From Geopsychrobacteraceae bacterium (GTDB taxonomy: Bacteria > Desulfobacterota > Desulfuromonadia > Desulfuromonadales > Geopsychrobacteraceae): 64,000 bases of DNA. The stretch spans positions 4,096,001 through 4,160,000 of the forward strand of contig OY759353.1 of the NCBI GenBank assembly GCA_963662315.1, given 5' to 3'. The notes beneath the pieces were generated by a model, which saw nothing but the letters and a program-made list of their open reading frames with translations, was not told where the DNA came from and made no database searches. Of this stretch, positions 1-10,574 are shown one piece after another (the stretch's first letter is position 1; every line of letters starts with the position of its first letter). A program made the position numbers and the translations under genes.

Positions 1-426
1 TTCGAGCAGCGTGGCCAGGGGAATCCAGAAATATTTGACCACCTCTCCGTTGATGCGAAAGACCGCTTGTTCCGAAATCGTGTAGACGAAACACGAAATC
101 CGGACCGAAAGAAAGGCCCCGGCCATGTCATCGCAACGACCGAGGTAATTAGCGTTGGTCAGCGTATAACCGATCTCTTCCCACGTTTCCCGCTCCGCAG
201 CCGCTCGCGGAGACGGGTCATCTGCTTCGATGCGTCCACCGGGAAAACCGAGATCCCCCGACCACGGGTCTTTCTCGTGCTCCGCCCGCTGAATAAACAG
301 AACTTCTGTTCCCTTTTTGCCATGGCGGAGAATCATTGCCACCGCTGCCTGACGCTCTGCGTCCATATTGGACAGACGAGGCTGATAATTGGTCAGGCGA
401 GTTCTGATGTCTTCAATTTCAAGCAT
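1..426 (-). CDS. Nudix hydrolase, CoA-pyrophosphatase (NudL/YeaB)-like; 3' end runs off the window
   Basis: Hand translation of the minus strand from ATG at 426: MLEIEDIRTRL...QAAVAMIL...VLFIQRAEHEKDPWSGDLGFPGGRIEADDPSPRAAAERETWEEIG (Nudix box). Missing from the ORF track because it is truncated. Confidence 0.85.
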   Translation of the reverse strand, partial: MLEIEDIRTRLTNYQPRLSNMDAERQAAVAMILRHGKKGTEVLFIQRAEHEKDPWSGDLGFPGGRIEADDPSPRAAAERETWEEIGYTLTNANYLGRCDDMAGAFLSVRISCFVYTISEQAVFRINGEVVKYFWIPLATLLE

Positions 427-947
427 GTTTATCCTGGTACAGAAAGGTGACTTGCATTTTCCCGATCGTGATTTAAAGCGGCAGGCGCAACGGGCAAATA
501 TAATTTGCCCTCCGGCTTCACATTGTTTCAGGTATCCCCGGTTTGTTTGTTGAATACAGACCCATCGGGAACAACCCTTTTATGGTAAGGCCGTCCACTG
601 TTCTTTGACAAGGGATAAATTGCCAGCAATAGGCTAACTGATTAATACAATCTTCCACATGTCTTGACAAAAAAAATAAGTAGGTTTACATAACGTACAC
701 TTATGGCTTTATTTCACTTATTGGGGGAGGAAGTGGGATGGACATTTTATAAGTAGATATTTAAACGTCGTCGATCCGGAAATTATGGATTGCGGCGTTT
801 TTGTTTTATGGGCTGCCTCGTGTTAGCAAGCATAACAAGTTCATGCGGACAAACACGTGGCCGCTTCGTATGGCATGGAACAATCCACCCACCTCTCATT
901 TGGCTAAAAATCAAAACCAGATGCACCAAGGGCACGTCGCAGCGAGC

Positions 948-1052
948 GTCTAACGGGCCGCTCAAGCGGACGGCTGTAATAATCTACAAATACGCTAAAG
1001 TCGGTACTAGTTGAAACTTTCTATCGCCGCCGCTTAGCTCAACTGGTTATGC
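948..1052 (+). mobile_element. Integron attC recombination site
   Basis: R'' GTCTAAC (948-954); left arm GCTCAAGCGGACGGC pairs perfectly with GCCGCCGCTTAGC once two extrahelical bases (C, A) are removed; R' GTTATGC (1046-1052). The L'-R' spacer is 7 nt, slightly long. Confidence 0.75.
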
Positions 1053-1093
1053 TTCTTAAATGAACTGAAACACAACAAACACTGGAGGTGTAA

Positions 1094-1738
1094 TTGGACA
1101 TTCGGCAAGTAGCAAACAAAAACAAATATGAGCTTGCAGCTTCAAGTTACGATTTTATTGCCTACCTCATGAGCCTTGGTCAGGCTACCCGCCTTTACGA
1201 AGAAGTAGCAAATAAAGTCGATCTTCCCACGGGAGGTACTTTAGTCGAACTTGGCTGCGGACCCGCATCTGTCATTCCAAGCATTTTGAAAAAAACCGAT
1301 GATTCGTCTGAAATAATAGGCATCGATTTTTCTAGCCAAATGATCGAAATAGCCAACCGAAAAAAAGAAAATCACAGTTGGCATAATGTCCAGTTTGAAT
1401 GCATGGACATGTATGAGTTTTCTCCATCAAAAAAAGTCGACACCGTGGTTTTCTGCCTCGCACTAACTGCAATGCCTGACTATAAAAAGGCAATAGAAAA
1501 GGCACTTTCAATCTTAAAGCCAGGGGGACAACTTCTCATTATTGACTCGTTCCCCCTCCAAACTAAATGGTACCATTCAATTTCAAATCTCTACATTCAA
1601 CTAAAATCAATGGTTGTGGGTGCGAAACCTGTCACTGAAATAGTCGACTTTATAAAAGGGAAAACCGAACAGTTTGAAAATCAAGAAATGGTTTATGGTA
1701 TTTACACGTTAATCAACACCAGAAAAAGGCAGGCCTAA
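1094..1738 (+). CDS. Class I SAM-dependent methyltransferase, probable gene cassette
   Basis: VELGCG motif I, IGIDFS motif II, LKPGG; GGAGG RBS; AT-rich; the TAA stop lies within an inverse core GCCTAAC (1733-1739). Confidence 0.85.
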   Translation: MDIRQVANKNKYELAASSYDFIAYLMSLGQATRLYEEVANKVDLPTGGTLVELGCGPASVIPSILKKTDDSSEIIGIDFSSQMIEIANRKKENHSWHNVQFECMDMYEFSPSKKVDTVVFCLALTAMPDYKKAIEKALSILKPGGQLLIIDSFPLQTKWYHSISNLYIQLKSMVVGAKPVTEIVDFIKGKTEQFENQEMVYGIYTLINTRKRQA

Positions 1739-1945
1739 CACTTATCAGGCCCCCGGCCGTCAAGAGTAAAGAATAGCGTTAACGCAAAAGATTCACCTTT
1801 TCGTTCTTTGACAAGCGACTGATCAACTAAGCAGCCATCCGGTTTCTGACTTGGGCTTTTGAACGGGCTGCTGTCACGATCCTGCTCCCAAACACTTATC
1901 GAGGCTCTTTACACAGACAGGAAGTCTCGGGGGCAGGGAGGTATC

Positions 1946-2982
1946 GGGGTCAAACCTGGACATGGGACATCGAGTACAATCTAGTTATCTAAAATAGCAA
2001 TGTCGTATGGAGGGGGGGGACTATGGCGCGTCAATTGCGGTTGGAATACGAAGGAGCGATTTACCATATCACTGCTCGCAGGAACGAGCGGAAGAAAATT
2101 TATCATTCACAGAGAGATTACACCAAGTTCAAAGAGTATCTGAAGCTGTCCAAAAAACGCTTCGGCTGTATTGTCCATGCACACGTGTTGATGGGAAATC
2201 ACTACCATCGGATTCTTGAAACACCGGAGGGGAACCTCAGCAAGGTGATGCACTTCCTCAAGGGCTCTACACGAAAAGGAAGCGCTCGGGACATCTTTGG
2301 CAGGGGCGGTTCAAGTCGATTCTTGTTGACCGGGATAGTTATCTCCTGGAATTGAGTCGATATCTGCATCTCAACCCGGTTCGGGCCGGGATGGTGGATC
2401 ATCCGGGGGAGTATTCGCACAGCAGCTACAGGTACTTTGTATCGGATACTTCCGATGAAGTTTCATCGCCGCAGGTGATCCTGGAAATGTTGTCGCAAGA
2501 GCACGTTGCAGCTCGGAAGAAATATCAGGACTTTGTCGAAAAGACGATTGGGAAAGAGCTGGAAAATCCATTTGATACGGTTTATGCCGGATTGGTGATG
2601 GGTCGTGAGAGTTTTGTTCGAAGCACTCTCGACCGGTTGAGAAACGAGCAGCTGTAGGATGAAGAGATTCCCTGTCGAAGAAAACTTCAGTGCAGTATTT
2701 CAGAGCGGCAGGTGGTGGCGAGCATATTACACCATTTTCAGTTAGGCGAAGAGGATTTGCCCAAACCTTCGGGGCTGTTCGCCCGCAATTGGGCGATCTA
2801 CCTTCTCAAGCATTATGTCGGAACCACAAGTCGAGAAGCCGGAGAGGTTCTTGGCGGGATGAGCTGCTCCGCAGTGGCAAAAAACTACCAGCGTTTCGCC
2901 AAAAAGGTGGAGTCGGATCCTGATTTACAGAAAGAGATTGAGAATATTTGGCTGGGGATGTCCCATGTCCAGGTGTGACCCC
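1946..2982 (+). mobile_element. Degenerate RAYT/IS200-like (Y1 HUH) transposase element with 25-bp terminal inverted repeats
   Basis: GGGGTCAAACCTGGACATGGGACAT (1946-1970) versus ATGTCCCATGTCCAGGTGTGACCCC (2958-2982): 24/25 inverted match around the transposase remnants. Confidence 0.75.
2023..2978 (+). pseudogene. REP-associated tyrosine transposase (RAYT) with C-terminal HTH, split into three ORFs
   Basis: MARQLR..YHITARRNER, HAHVLMGNHYH (HuH) in 2023-2355; YLHLNPVRAG and HSSYR in 2352-2657; HTH-like tail in 2712-2978; frameshift and internal stop between them. Confidence 0.85.
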
Positions 2983-3035
2983 TTAATGTGTGGTGACCCC
3001 TTAATGTGTGTGACCCCTTAATGTGTGCTTAATGT
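2975..3035 (+). repeat. Three tandem copies of GTGACCCCTTAATGTGT(G) plus a partial copy at the RAYT right end
   Basis: Units at 2975-2992, 2993-3009, 3010-3027, then CTTAATGT. Confidence 0.9.
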
Positions 3036-3139
3036 TGTGCTGTGTCCTTCTTGTTGGCCCCTTTTAAAATCATTTTGTTGACCAAGAACGTCCATGTTAT
3101 AAACGCATTTTCTTGCAATTGCAAAGGACACTGTCTGAT

Positions 3140-4054
3140 ATGAGAAAAACTATAATTACAAGCTTAATGATCCTGTGTTGTGCAAACGTTGTTCATGCTG
3201 CATCTGCTGTATTGCTTGAGAATCCATCTCCACTGTATTTTGTGAACCCTGGCGAGCAAACTATAAAAACAATCGAATCTATACTTGTAGAATCTATACG
3301 TAGAACTACAACTCAGATAGAAGAATGGTCAATTGAATCAACAGCACCAAGTAAACTTGTTGCAAAATTAGTCGTAAGAAACAAGCATACAGCATTTATT
3401 TGCCTTGACTATACTCCAGACAAAATAATTATATCTTATAAAGATAGCTATAATTTGAAATTTAAGAAGGTTCAAAACAGGTTTGATTTCATTCATCCTA
3501 ATTATATGAAATGGGTGGATAAGCTTGTCTTCAATATTAAAAAGGAATTCCAATTCAGAAAAATTGATCTGACAGAAACACCAATACCGGTTGCGGCTGC
3601 AGCCAATCAACAGACAATCCTATTAGCTGCCCGCGCAGAGCCTGGTCGGCGCGATGGGTTAAGGGCAGATCGTACCACTGAGGCGTTTTCTAAAAGTTAT
3701 CTAAGGTTGATCAATAAACAGATCTTTAAGACAAAACCAGATCATGTATTTGTAAAGACATTGACAGACCTAGATAAAACCAAACAATTGATAGAAGATG
3801 ACAGAGATAATTCGGTCAGTGAAGAATTATGCAAAACTCAGAATGTTGATAAGATATTTGTTGCTTCTAGCCCTGCAAATCCAGGTGGTGCAGGCACTCG
3901 TTATGTCTATTACTCATTATATATATGCGCAAACGGGCGCAAGTTCAAAGAAAAATACACCATCAAACGCAGCAACTATGATGCGTTTGGTTATCAAATT
4001 GGAAAGTTGCATGCGACTGAAGATTTCATTAATTATAGCCGGGCATATAATTAG
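3140..4054 (+). CDS. Secreted hypothetical protein, AT-rich
   Basis: Long ORF with signal-peptide-like N terminus MRKTIITSLMILCCANVVHA; family not recognised. Confidence 0.7.
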   Translation: MRKTIITSLMILCCANVVHAASAVLLENPSPLYFVNPGEQTIKTIESILVESIRRTTTQIEEWSIESTAPSKLVAKLVVRNKHTAFICLDYTPDKIIISYKDSYNLKFKKVQNRFDFIHPNYMKWVDKLVFNIKKEFQFRKIDLTETPIPVAAAANQQTILLAARAEPGRRDGLRADRTTEAFSKSYLRLINKQIFKTKPDHVFVKTLTDLDKTKQLIEDDRDNSVSEELCKTQNVDKIFVASSPANPGGAGTRYVYYSLYICANGRKFKEKYTIKRSNYDAFGYQIGKLHATEDFINYSRAYN

Positions 4055-4514
4055 GTTTTGTTGCGAGCAGGAGCACAGAGGGGTCTTCTCAACCGCATAA
4101 AGGGGACTGAGGTCGGACAACACCTGGCCTATTCCGCAACTCGTTCAGCCTTAAGGGTAGGGTCTTATATGAGGAAGGGGGTGCCTTACAGAACTTATTA
4201 AATGGGGAAATGTAAAGGACGTCCCCCTTTGCTACTCCAGCATGTGGCTCTACGTGATTGTCACGCAACCCACGTTCACAAACGAGACATGGGTAAATGA
4301 GGTACGCTCCCCAATTTCCAATAAGTCTCCGTCATCATCTCTAGCACATTAAACGTCCCGGCTACCAAATTGTGGAGCGAAGCGTTCTCGCAAATTTTGC
4401 TGCAGCGGAATCTTGCTTCGCCTAAGGTGAAATCGGACAGTCATAGGCATAAAATCCCTCAAAATCTCGTAAGTTTTAAAACGAATGTTTACACCAATGA
4501 GATCCGGAGGTTGC

Positions 4515-5884
4515 GATAACGTAAAATATTTTTCGCTTTTTTAAAAAGACACGGCAGTGTCCTAAATGTTTAGAATTGTATCGCCAAACACAAACTCTAG
4601 TCCAAAGGAGAACACTGCCGTGGAAAATGATTGTACACCAAAGCAAGATAAGATCATTCAACTGAATGAAGCTGCTGTCAAAAATCATTTGGGTCAAATC
4701 GTACGTAGTACCGTCGAGCAGACGTTGAATGACATGTTGGATGCAGAAGCCGATCGCTTATGCAATGCTGAGAAATACCAACGAAATGAGGCACGTACTG
4801 ATACCAGGGCCGGGCATTATCAAAGGAAACTTCAAACGACGGCTGGTGAAGTCAATTTAAAGGTCCCTAAATTGAGGCAACAGACCTTTGAGACAGCGAT
4901 CATTGAACGCTACAAACGTCGGGAAGCATCCGTTGAAGAAGCTTTGATCGAAATGTATTTAGCTGGTGTATCGGTTCGACGTGTCGAGGATATTACCGAA
5001 GCATTGTGGGGCACGAAAGTCAGTCCCGGAACGATCAGCAATCTGAATAAAAAAGTCTACACAAAGATCGAGCAATGGCGGAAGCAGCCCATTGGGGACG
5101 AATTTCCTTATGTTTATCTGGATGGTATCGTTCTAAAACGTTCCTGGGCCGGAGAAGTCAGCAACGTTTCTGTCCTGGTTGCGATCGGCGTTAACAGTGA
5201 TGGCTATCGCAAGATTCTCGGTGTTGCTGAGGGACACAAAGAAGACAAGGCGGGTTGGTCTGGATTCCTGCGGCATTTGAAGGAGCGCGGCTTGCGCGGT
5301 GTTCGCCTGTTTATAACCGATGCCTGTATGGGGCTGGTAGAGTCATTGGCCGAATACTATCCGGAGACCAAATGGCAACGTTGTATGGTCCATTTTTACC
5401 GGAATGTGTTCAATACTGTTCCAAGAAGACGGGTTAAAGACGTCGCGGCCATGCTGAAAGCGATCCATGCATCTGAAGACAAAGCTGCAGCCAAGGAAAA
5501 AGCTGAGCAGATCATTGAAAAGCTTGAAGCCTTACGTTTGAAAGAGGCCGCTCAGAAAGTTCGGGAGTCGATAGATGAAACTCTGACTTACTATAAATTT
5601 CCAAGGAGTCATCATAGTCGGATTCGCACCAACAATGCTCTTGAGCGTATTATGAAGGAAATCAGGCGCCGAACTAAGGTTGTCGGCGCATTCCCCGATG
5701 GTCATTCGGCATTAATGCTGTGTGCCGCAAGATTACGACATATTGCTGGAACAAAATGGGGGCAGAAGAAATATCTGAACATGGACTTACTCAGGGAACA
5801 GGATTTTGAGCAAATGATGGAGGCGGATGCAGGCTAACTAAAATCGGGCGCTGCCGAAAAAAGCGAAAGATTCTTTACACTACC
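4515..5884 (+). mobile_element. IS256-family insertion sequence, apparently intact
   Basis: 28-bp imperfect terminal inverted repeats (4515-4542 and 5857-5884, 22/28); 8-bp target duplication GAGGTTGC at 4507-4514 and 5885-5892. Confidence 0.9.
4566..5837 (+). CDS. IS256 (Mutator) transposase; start may be GTG at 4620
   Basis: MYLAGVSVRRV, YVYLDG, FITDAC, WQRCMVHFYRN, RTNNALERIMKEIRRRTKVVGAFP motifs. Confidence 0.95.
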   Translation: MFRIVSPNTNSSPKENTAVENDCTPKQDKIIQLNEAAVKNHLGQIVRSTVEQTLNDMLDAEADRLCNAEKYQRNEARTDTRAGHYQRKLQTTAGEVNLKVPKLRQQTFETAIIERYKRREASVEEALIEMYLAGVSVRRVEDITEALWGTKVSPGTISNLNKKVYTKIEQWRKQPIGDEFPYVYLDGIVLKRSWAGEVSNVSVLVAIGVNSDGYRKILGVAEGHKEDKAGWSGFLRHLKERGLRGVRLFITDACMGLVESLAEYYPETKWQRCMVHFYRNVFNTVPRRRVKDVAAMLKAIHASEDKAAAKEKAEQIIEKLEALRLKEAAQKVRESIDETLTYYKFPRSHHSRIRTNNALERIMKEIRRRTKVVGAFPDGHSALMLCAARLRHIAGTKWGQKKYLNMDLLREQDFEQMMEADAG

Positions 5885-6237
5885 GAGGTTGCGTGAAATC
5901 TCATCGCGCCAGTGCGGGGCGACATGGACTTCTTCGGCGTAGTTGTTCCAGCGCAGGCCTTGAAATCATCCATGCTGAAGCCGTCGCGTTTTTGGTTGAG
6001 CGTCATCTGGTGAGAGCTGATCCGGTTGCCGTCCGGGTGATAGCTGTAGGTGACATCGAATGCCGGGGAGAGGGACCATGGTCTTTCTTGTCCATCAGGA
6101 AGGCAATATTCTTGACGTGGTCGTCCTGGTTGTGGGCGATGATGTTGAAGGCCATGCGGCGGAATTTTTGCTCGACGGCATTAAAGGAGTCGGGCTTACG
6201 CCCCTGCGTTGCCAGCCAGGCATTGATCATCCTGATG

Positions 6238-6380
6238 AACACCGATCTTCCGCTATAGAAGAATCACCCCCCCTTTGCAAAGGGGGGTAGGGGGGGATTT
6301 GGCAGCCAACACAAAAGTCAAATCCCCCCTGAATCCCCCTTTAAGAAAGGGGGAGCAGATTTTGCGGAAGATTCGTATTA
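6238..6380. repeat. REP-dyad mini-element (inverted CCCCCCTTT..AAAGGGGGG hairpins) with outer ATCTTCCGC/GCGGAAGAT inverted repeat
   Basis: Palindromes at 6267-6300 and 6320-6354 in inverted orientation; outer inverted repeat at about 6245-6253 and 6364-6372. Confidence 0.65.
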
Positions 6381-6497
6381 ATCAGTTTTTTGAGCGTTGT
6401 CGTTGTTTTGCCTTTTTCAAGCCAGGCCTAGCGCTCAAAATGCCTAACACTTAAGGCATAAAGCAACTGTTGCCTGGCTTAGGCACAGCCGTCAGAT

Positions 6498-7061
6498 TTA
6501 GGCGCGTGAGACAAAGCGGCACTCACGGGTGTCGACCTTGATTTTTTCTCCTGATTCAAGGTAACCGGGGACCTGAACCGTAATTCCTGTTTCCAGTACC
6601 GCCTCTTTGGTCTGGGCTGTTGCAGTGGCGTTTTTGATTGCTGGTGCGGTTTCAGTGACGAGCAGTTCAACCACCTGCGGTACTTCCAGGGTGACAACCT
6701 GATCGTTGAAAACCCCGAGGGAAACTTCGCCCCCTTCAAGCAGGTAGCCTTTGATATCGTCATAAAGGTCGCCACCGATTTCATACTGCTCGTAGGATTC
6801 CTGATCCATGAAAATGCCTTTTTCGCCATCGCTGTAAAGGAATTGTCCTTTACGACGGTTGAAATCGGCTTCATCTAGACGGTCCCCCGATTTGAAAGAA
6901 GTATTCAGGACCTGACCGGTCATCAGGTTACGGTACTTGGTTTTAACCAGGGTATTACCACCCCGGGCGGTCGGTGATTGAAAGGCGACATCAATAACGA
7001 CACATGGTGCTGAGTCCTGTTTGAAAATAACGCCACGGCGCAGGTCACTGGCATTGATCAT
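6498..7061 (-). CDS. efpL: Elongation factor P-like protein EfpL (YeiP)
   Basis: EF-P fold motifs; loop QSPTARGG matches the EfpL/YeiP SPTARG signature rather than the EF-P PGKG loop. Confidence 0.8.
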   Translation of the reverse strand: MINASDLRRGVIFKQDSAPCVVIDVAFQSPTARGGNTLVKTKYRNLMTGQVLNTSFKSGDRLDEADFNRRKGQFLYSDGEKGIFMDQESYEQYEIGGDLYDDIKGYLLEGGEVSLGVFNDQVVTLEVPQVVELLVTETAPAIKNATATAQTKEAVLETGITVQVPGYLESGEKIKVDTRECRFVSRA

Positions 7062-7196
7062 GGTGAAATATATCCTTTAGTAAAATAATTATGAAGCCAT
7101 CTGAAGTGTCGATTTTTTACACAATTATGGGGCTTTGCGTCAAGGGGACAATGCGTCTTCCTGTAAAGCAGATCCCAATTTAGTGATTGCAGGACA

Positions 7197-7382
7197 TTAC
7201 CAGTAACTGTCCATTTTTTTCGCCGGAAGGGGGCGGGGATTGTGCAGGTGCTCTGGCTGGTTGGCTTTGGCCTGACACTTGCCACAGACGACCGTCGGCT
7301 TGTCTGAGCGTTTGTCAATTTCTTCCATTAATCCTTGAGCCTTCAACTCACACATCTTCAAGTTGCTGAGATCTTCGGTCAT
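7197..7382 (-). CDS. Small Cys-containing hypothetical protein
   Basis: GGAGGAG RBS; KMCEL and CGKC motifs. Confidence 0.6.
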   Translation of the reverse strand: MTEDLSNLKMCELKAQGLMEEIDKRSDKPTVVCGKCQAKANQPEHLHNPRPLPAKKMDSYW

Positions 7383-7565
7383 ACTCCTCCACTCCCTGGG
7401 TTGAATTTTTCTGACAGTGCATAATACACTGATTATCTGGGCAAGGGCAAATCAGGATGTTTTTGAATATTGGAAAAATGAATATTAAGTAGGAAAGTGA
7501 TATATTTTTCCGTTAGTAGTTGTTAAGATCCTGTTTGATAATTAAGATTACCGTATATATTAAAG

Positions 7566-10562
7566 TTGCTCTACATTTCTCGGTCACGGTATCTCATGAT
7601 GAAAAAAAACAGCATCAGTTCCCTGATGCATCATCATTATCTTAAAAGTGTTATTGTCCCTGCGTTTATTCTGCAGCTCATCCTGATCTTTGCCTATTTT
7701 GCTCTTAACCTCTACATCTCTCAAGTCAGCCAGTCTCTGCAGATAAGTGAAGTTACGAAAAGTATTCAGGAAATATCCAGCAGAGAAGCTCGAATTCTGA
7801 ATGGTCAGCTCAGTTCCATAACTCAAACAGCACTGCTTCTGCAACGTGATCACAGTAGTTTTTTCAGTCATCCGAACTACTGTTTTTTACCGAATGGCGA
7901 ACCCGAGTTTGCTGTCCATGAAAATCAGGCTTTTTACAAGACGGTCGACAATGGTGGCTCTTCACTGTACTACGCCAGCACCACAGCCATAGGGTTGACG
8001 GAATTGCACAAAGCACGCTGCAGTGAAATGCTTGATCCGCTCATGAAGCATATTGTCACAGGCAATCCGGTTATTGTGCAGGCTTATCTCAATACCTGGG
8101 ACGATATGAACCGTCTGTACCCGTATATGGCCGACGCCCCTGGTCAGTATGGTTTTGCCATCAATATGGAAGATTATAATTTCTACTATCTGGCGGATGC
8201 TGTGCACAATCCCGATCGTCAGCCGGTATGGACCGGCGCCTATCTGGATCCGGCCGGACAGGGATGGATGGTTTCTGTCGTGGTTCCCATCTATCGGAAG
8301 GATTTCCTCGAGGGGGTCAGCGGTATCGATGTGACAGTTGAGACCTTCGCCAACCATATCCTGAACCTTAAAATCCCCTGGGAGTCGGGGGTCATGATGG
8401 TCGATAGTAACGGTACGATTCTGGCGATGCAACAGCGGGTTGAACAGATTCTCGGTTTGCGGGAACTCAAAGAATATGATTACCAGAACAGTATCAGGAG
8501 TACTATCGAAAAACCGGATAGTTTCAATCTGCTTCATATGGGCGCTGATACAACCAATCGTCAGTGGCAGGAGATATTTAAAGGAGGGCAAGAGATTGGC
8601 AATGTGTCAATTAATGGCATTGACTATATTCTCAGCCAGGAAATAATCGCTGAAACTGGTTGGCGCCTCTTGGCTCTTATTGACCGAGAAAAGGTTCTAC
8701 AGCCGGTCATTGCTTTAAGTCGTTTCAGCAGCATGCTGGGGTATGGAGCTGCTGGCGGTCTGGTGCTGTTTTTTGTCCTGTTTTTTCTCGTTCTGGTTCA
8801 TAAGACCCAAAAATTGACAACGCTCATTGCTGCCCCGATCGCTCGCTTAAGCGCTGAAACCCAGCAGGGAGGGCGGGCTCTGGTTGTCCATGACTTTGCG
8901 TCGACCGGGATTTCAGAAATTGACATATTAAATGAGAACTTCAGTAGCATGATCAAAACCTTGAAAGGGAGCACTGAAGATCTCATTGATGCCAAGATCA
9001 ATGCTGAATCTGCCAACCGCCTGAAGAGCCAGTTTCTGGCTAACATGAGTCATGAAATCCGCACTCCGATGAATGCTGTGATTGGCATGACGCACCTGGC
9101 TCTGCAGACCGATGATCCTGAACTGCAAAAAAAATATCTGAAAGATATTGAAACATCAGGAGAACATCTGCTGGGCGTTATCAATAGTGTTCTCGATTTC
9201 TCACGCATTGAAGCCGGGAAAATCTATATTGACCATGTGCCCTTTCTCCTGGAGGAAGTCATAAATCGTTTTGCTTCAACATTGGGCAAGCTGATAGAGG
9301 ACAAGCCCCTCTCTTTCTATTTTTCCATTGATTCCACTATTCCGAATTATCTGGTTGGAGATCCACTGCGGATCGGGCAGGTCTTGCTGAACCTTGGTTC
9401 CAATGCCGTAAAATTCACTCATAATGGCGAAGTGCGTCTCAATATTGCCCAAATTTCACGTGCTGCAGACCAGGTTATCCTTAAGTTTACTCTTAGCGAT
9501 ACCGGTATTGGTATGACGGCAGCGCAGCAGAAGATTGTTTTTGACAGTTTTCAGCAGGCGGATATGTCAATTACCAGGCAATATGGCGGATCTGGGCTTG
9601 GGCTGGCGATTTGTCGGCGCTTGGTTGAGTTGATGAATGGCGAGATGGGCATTGAAAGTCGTCTTCACCATGGGACCAAAGTGTGGTTTACGGCTTCTGT
9701 AGGCATTGGCAGTGCTCCAGAAACGCCAGTATTGCTAGGGAAAGAGGAGACACGAGACATGTTTAAAGAGCAACTGAAGCCATTTGCTCATAAGCGTATT
9801 CTGGTCGTTGAGGACAATAAGATGAACCAACTGGTCGCTACCGCCATGTTGAAGGAAGCGGGGTTTGTTGCCGATACCGCTGACAATGGGGAAATTGCGG
9901 TTCAGATGGTGCGGCAGAATCATTATGATCTGGTGCTGATGGATATGCAGATGCCGGTCATGGACGGTATTGCGGCGACACGGACCATCAGGGCAAATCC
10001 CGCCAGGCTTGATATGCCGATTATCGCTATGACGGCCAACGTGTTGCAGGATGATCGCGATATGTGTCTGAGTTCCGGAATGAACGACTTTATCGGCAAG
10101 CCCATTGAGCTGAATCAGCTTTGGGAGACTCTGTTGAAGTGGCTGCAATATACCGAGCGCAGTAAAGATCCTGCAGAACAGCGCCCGCCCGTTATGCATG
10201 AGGTCTTGCTGCCCGACACCATTGACGGTATTGACCTGGCTCAAGGTCTCGACCGGGTTGCTGGTAAGCAGGCCGTTTACCTTGAGATGTTGAAAAAGTT
10301 CCTGTCTGGAAACAGACGTACTGCTGAACAGCTGACGCAGGCTCTTGCCGCGGGAAATCGGGATGAAGCAACGTTATTGGTGCACACGGTCAAAGGCTCG
10401 GCCGGAATAATCGGTGCCGGAGAACTGCGAGAGCACGCAGTGGTTCTTGAAGCGAAAATAAAAGCGGGCTGCTCCATCGAGCAGTGTGAGGCGGAGTTAA
10501 GTTCATTTATTACTGTGCTTGGTAATATTTTGACTCAGCTGGAAAGTAAATTGCGGGTCTAG
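7566..10562 (+). CDS. Hybrid sensor histidine kinase (Cache-HisKA-HATPase-REC-Hpt)
   Basis: [67 protein letters not shown]. Confidence 0.95.
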   Translation: MLYISRSRYLMMKKNSISSLMHHHYLKSVIVPAFILQLILIFAYFALNLYISQVSQSLQISEVTKSIQEISSREARILNGQLSSITQTALLLQRDHSSFFSHPNYCFLPNGEPEFAVHENQAFYKTVDNGGSSLYYASTTAIGLTELHKARCSEMLDPLMKHIVTGNPVIVQAYLNTWDDMNRLYPYMADAPGQYGFAINMEDYNFYYLADAVHNPDRQPVWTGAYLDPAGQGWMVSVVVPIYRKDFLEGVSGIDVTVETFANHILNLKIPWESGVMMVDSNGTILAMQQRVEQILGLRELKEYDYQNSIRSTIEKPDSFNLLHMGADTTNRQWQEIFKGGQEIGNVSINGIDYILSQEIIAETGWRLLALIDREKVLQPVIALSRFSSMLGYGAAGGLVLFFVLFFLVLVHKTQKLTTLIAAPIARLSAETQQGGRALVVHDFASTGISEIDILNENFSSMIKTLKGSTEDLIDAKINAESANRLKSQFLANMSHEIRTPMNAVIGMTHLALQTDDPELQKKYLKDIETSGEHLLGVINSVLDFSRIEAGKIYIDHVPFLLEEVINRFASTLGKLIEDKPLSFYFSIDSTIPNYLVGDPLRIGQVLLNLGSNAVKFTHNGEVRLNIAQISRAADQVILKFTLSDTGIGMTAAQQKIVFDSFQQADMSITRQYGGSGLGLAICRRLVELMNGEMGIESRLHHGTKVWFTASVGIGSAPETPVLLGKEETRDMFKEQLKPFAHKRILVVEDNKMNQLVATAMLKEAGFVADTADNGEIAVQMVRQNHYDLVLMDMQMPVMDGIAATRTIRANPARLDMPIIAMTANVLQDDRDMCLSSGMNDFIGKPIELNQLWETLLKWLQYTERSKDPAEQRPPVMHEVLLPDTIDGIDLAQGLDRVAGKQAVYLEMLKKFLSGNRRTAEQLTQALAAGNRDEATLLVHTVKGSAGIIGAGELREHAVVLEAKIKAGCSIEQCEAELSSFITVLGNILTQLESKLRV

Positions 10563-10574
10563 CAGGGATGGTAT

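Larger units (their letters stand above)
4489..6240 (-). pseudogene. hipA: hipA-like toxin kinase remnant, 5'-truncated, internally deleted and interrupted by IS256 near its 3' end
   Basis: AWLATQGRKPDSFNAVE, FRRMAFNIIAHNQDDHVKNIAFLMD, frameshifted WSLSPAFDVTYSY..HQMTLN; removing the IS restores VAPHWRDEISRNLRISLV* with the stop at 4489-4491. Confidence 0.75.

Noticed and set aside
67..450. 127-aa plus-strand ORF in the track
   Set aside because: Antisense shadow of the minus-strand Nudix gene.
4346..4425. Possible degenerate attC or ncRNA
   Set aside because: No matching R''/R' cores or L-box pairing.
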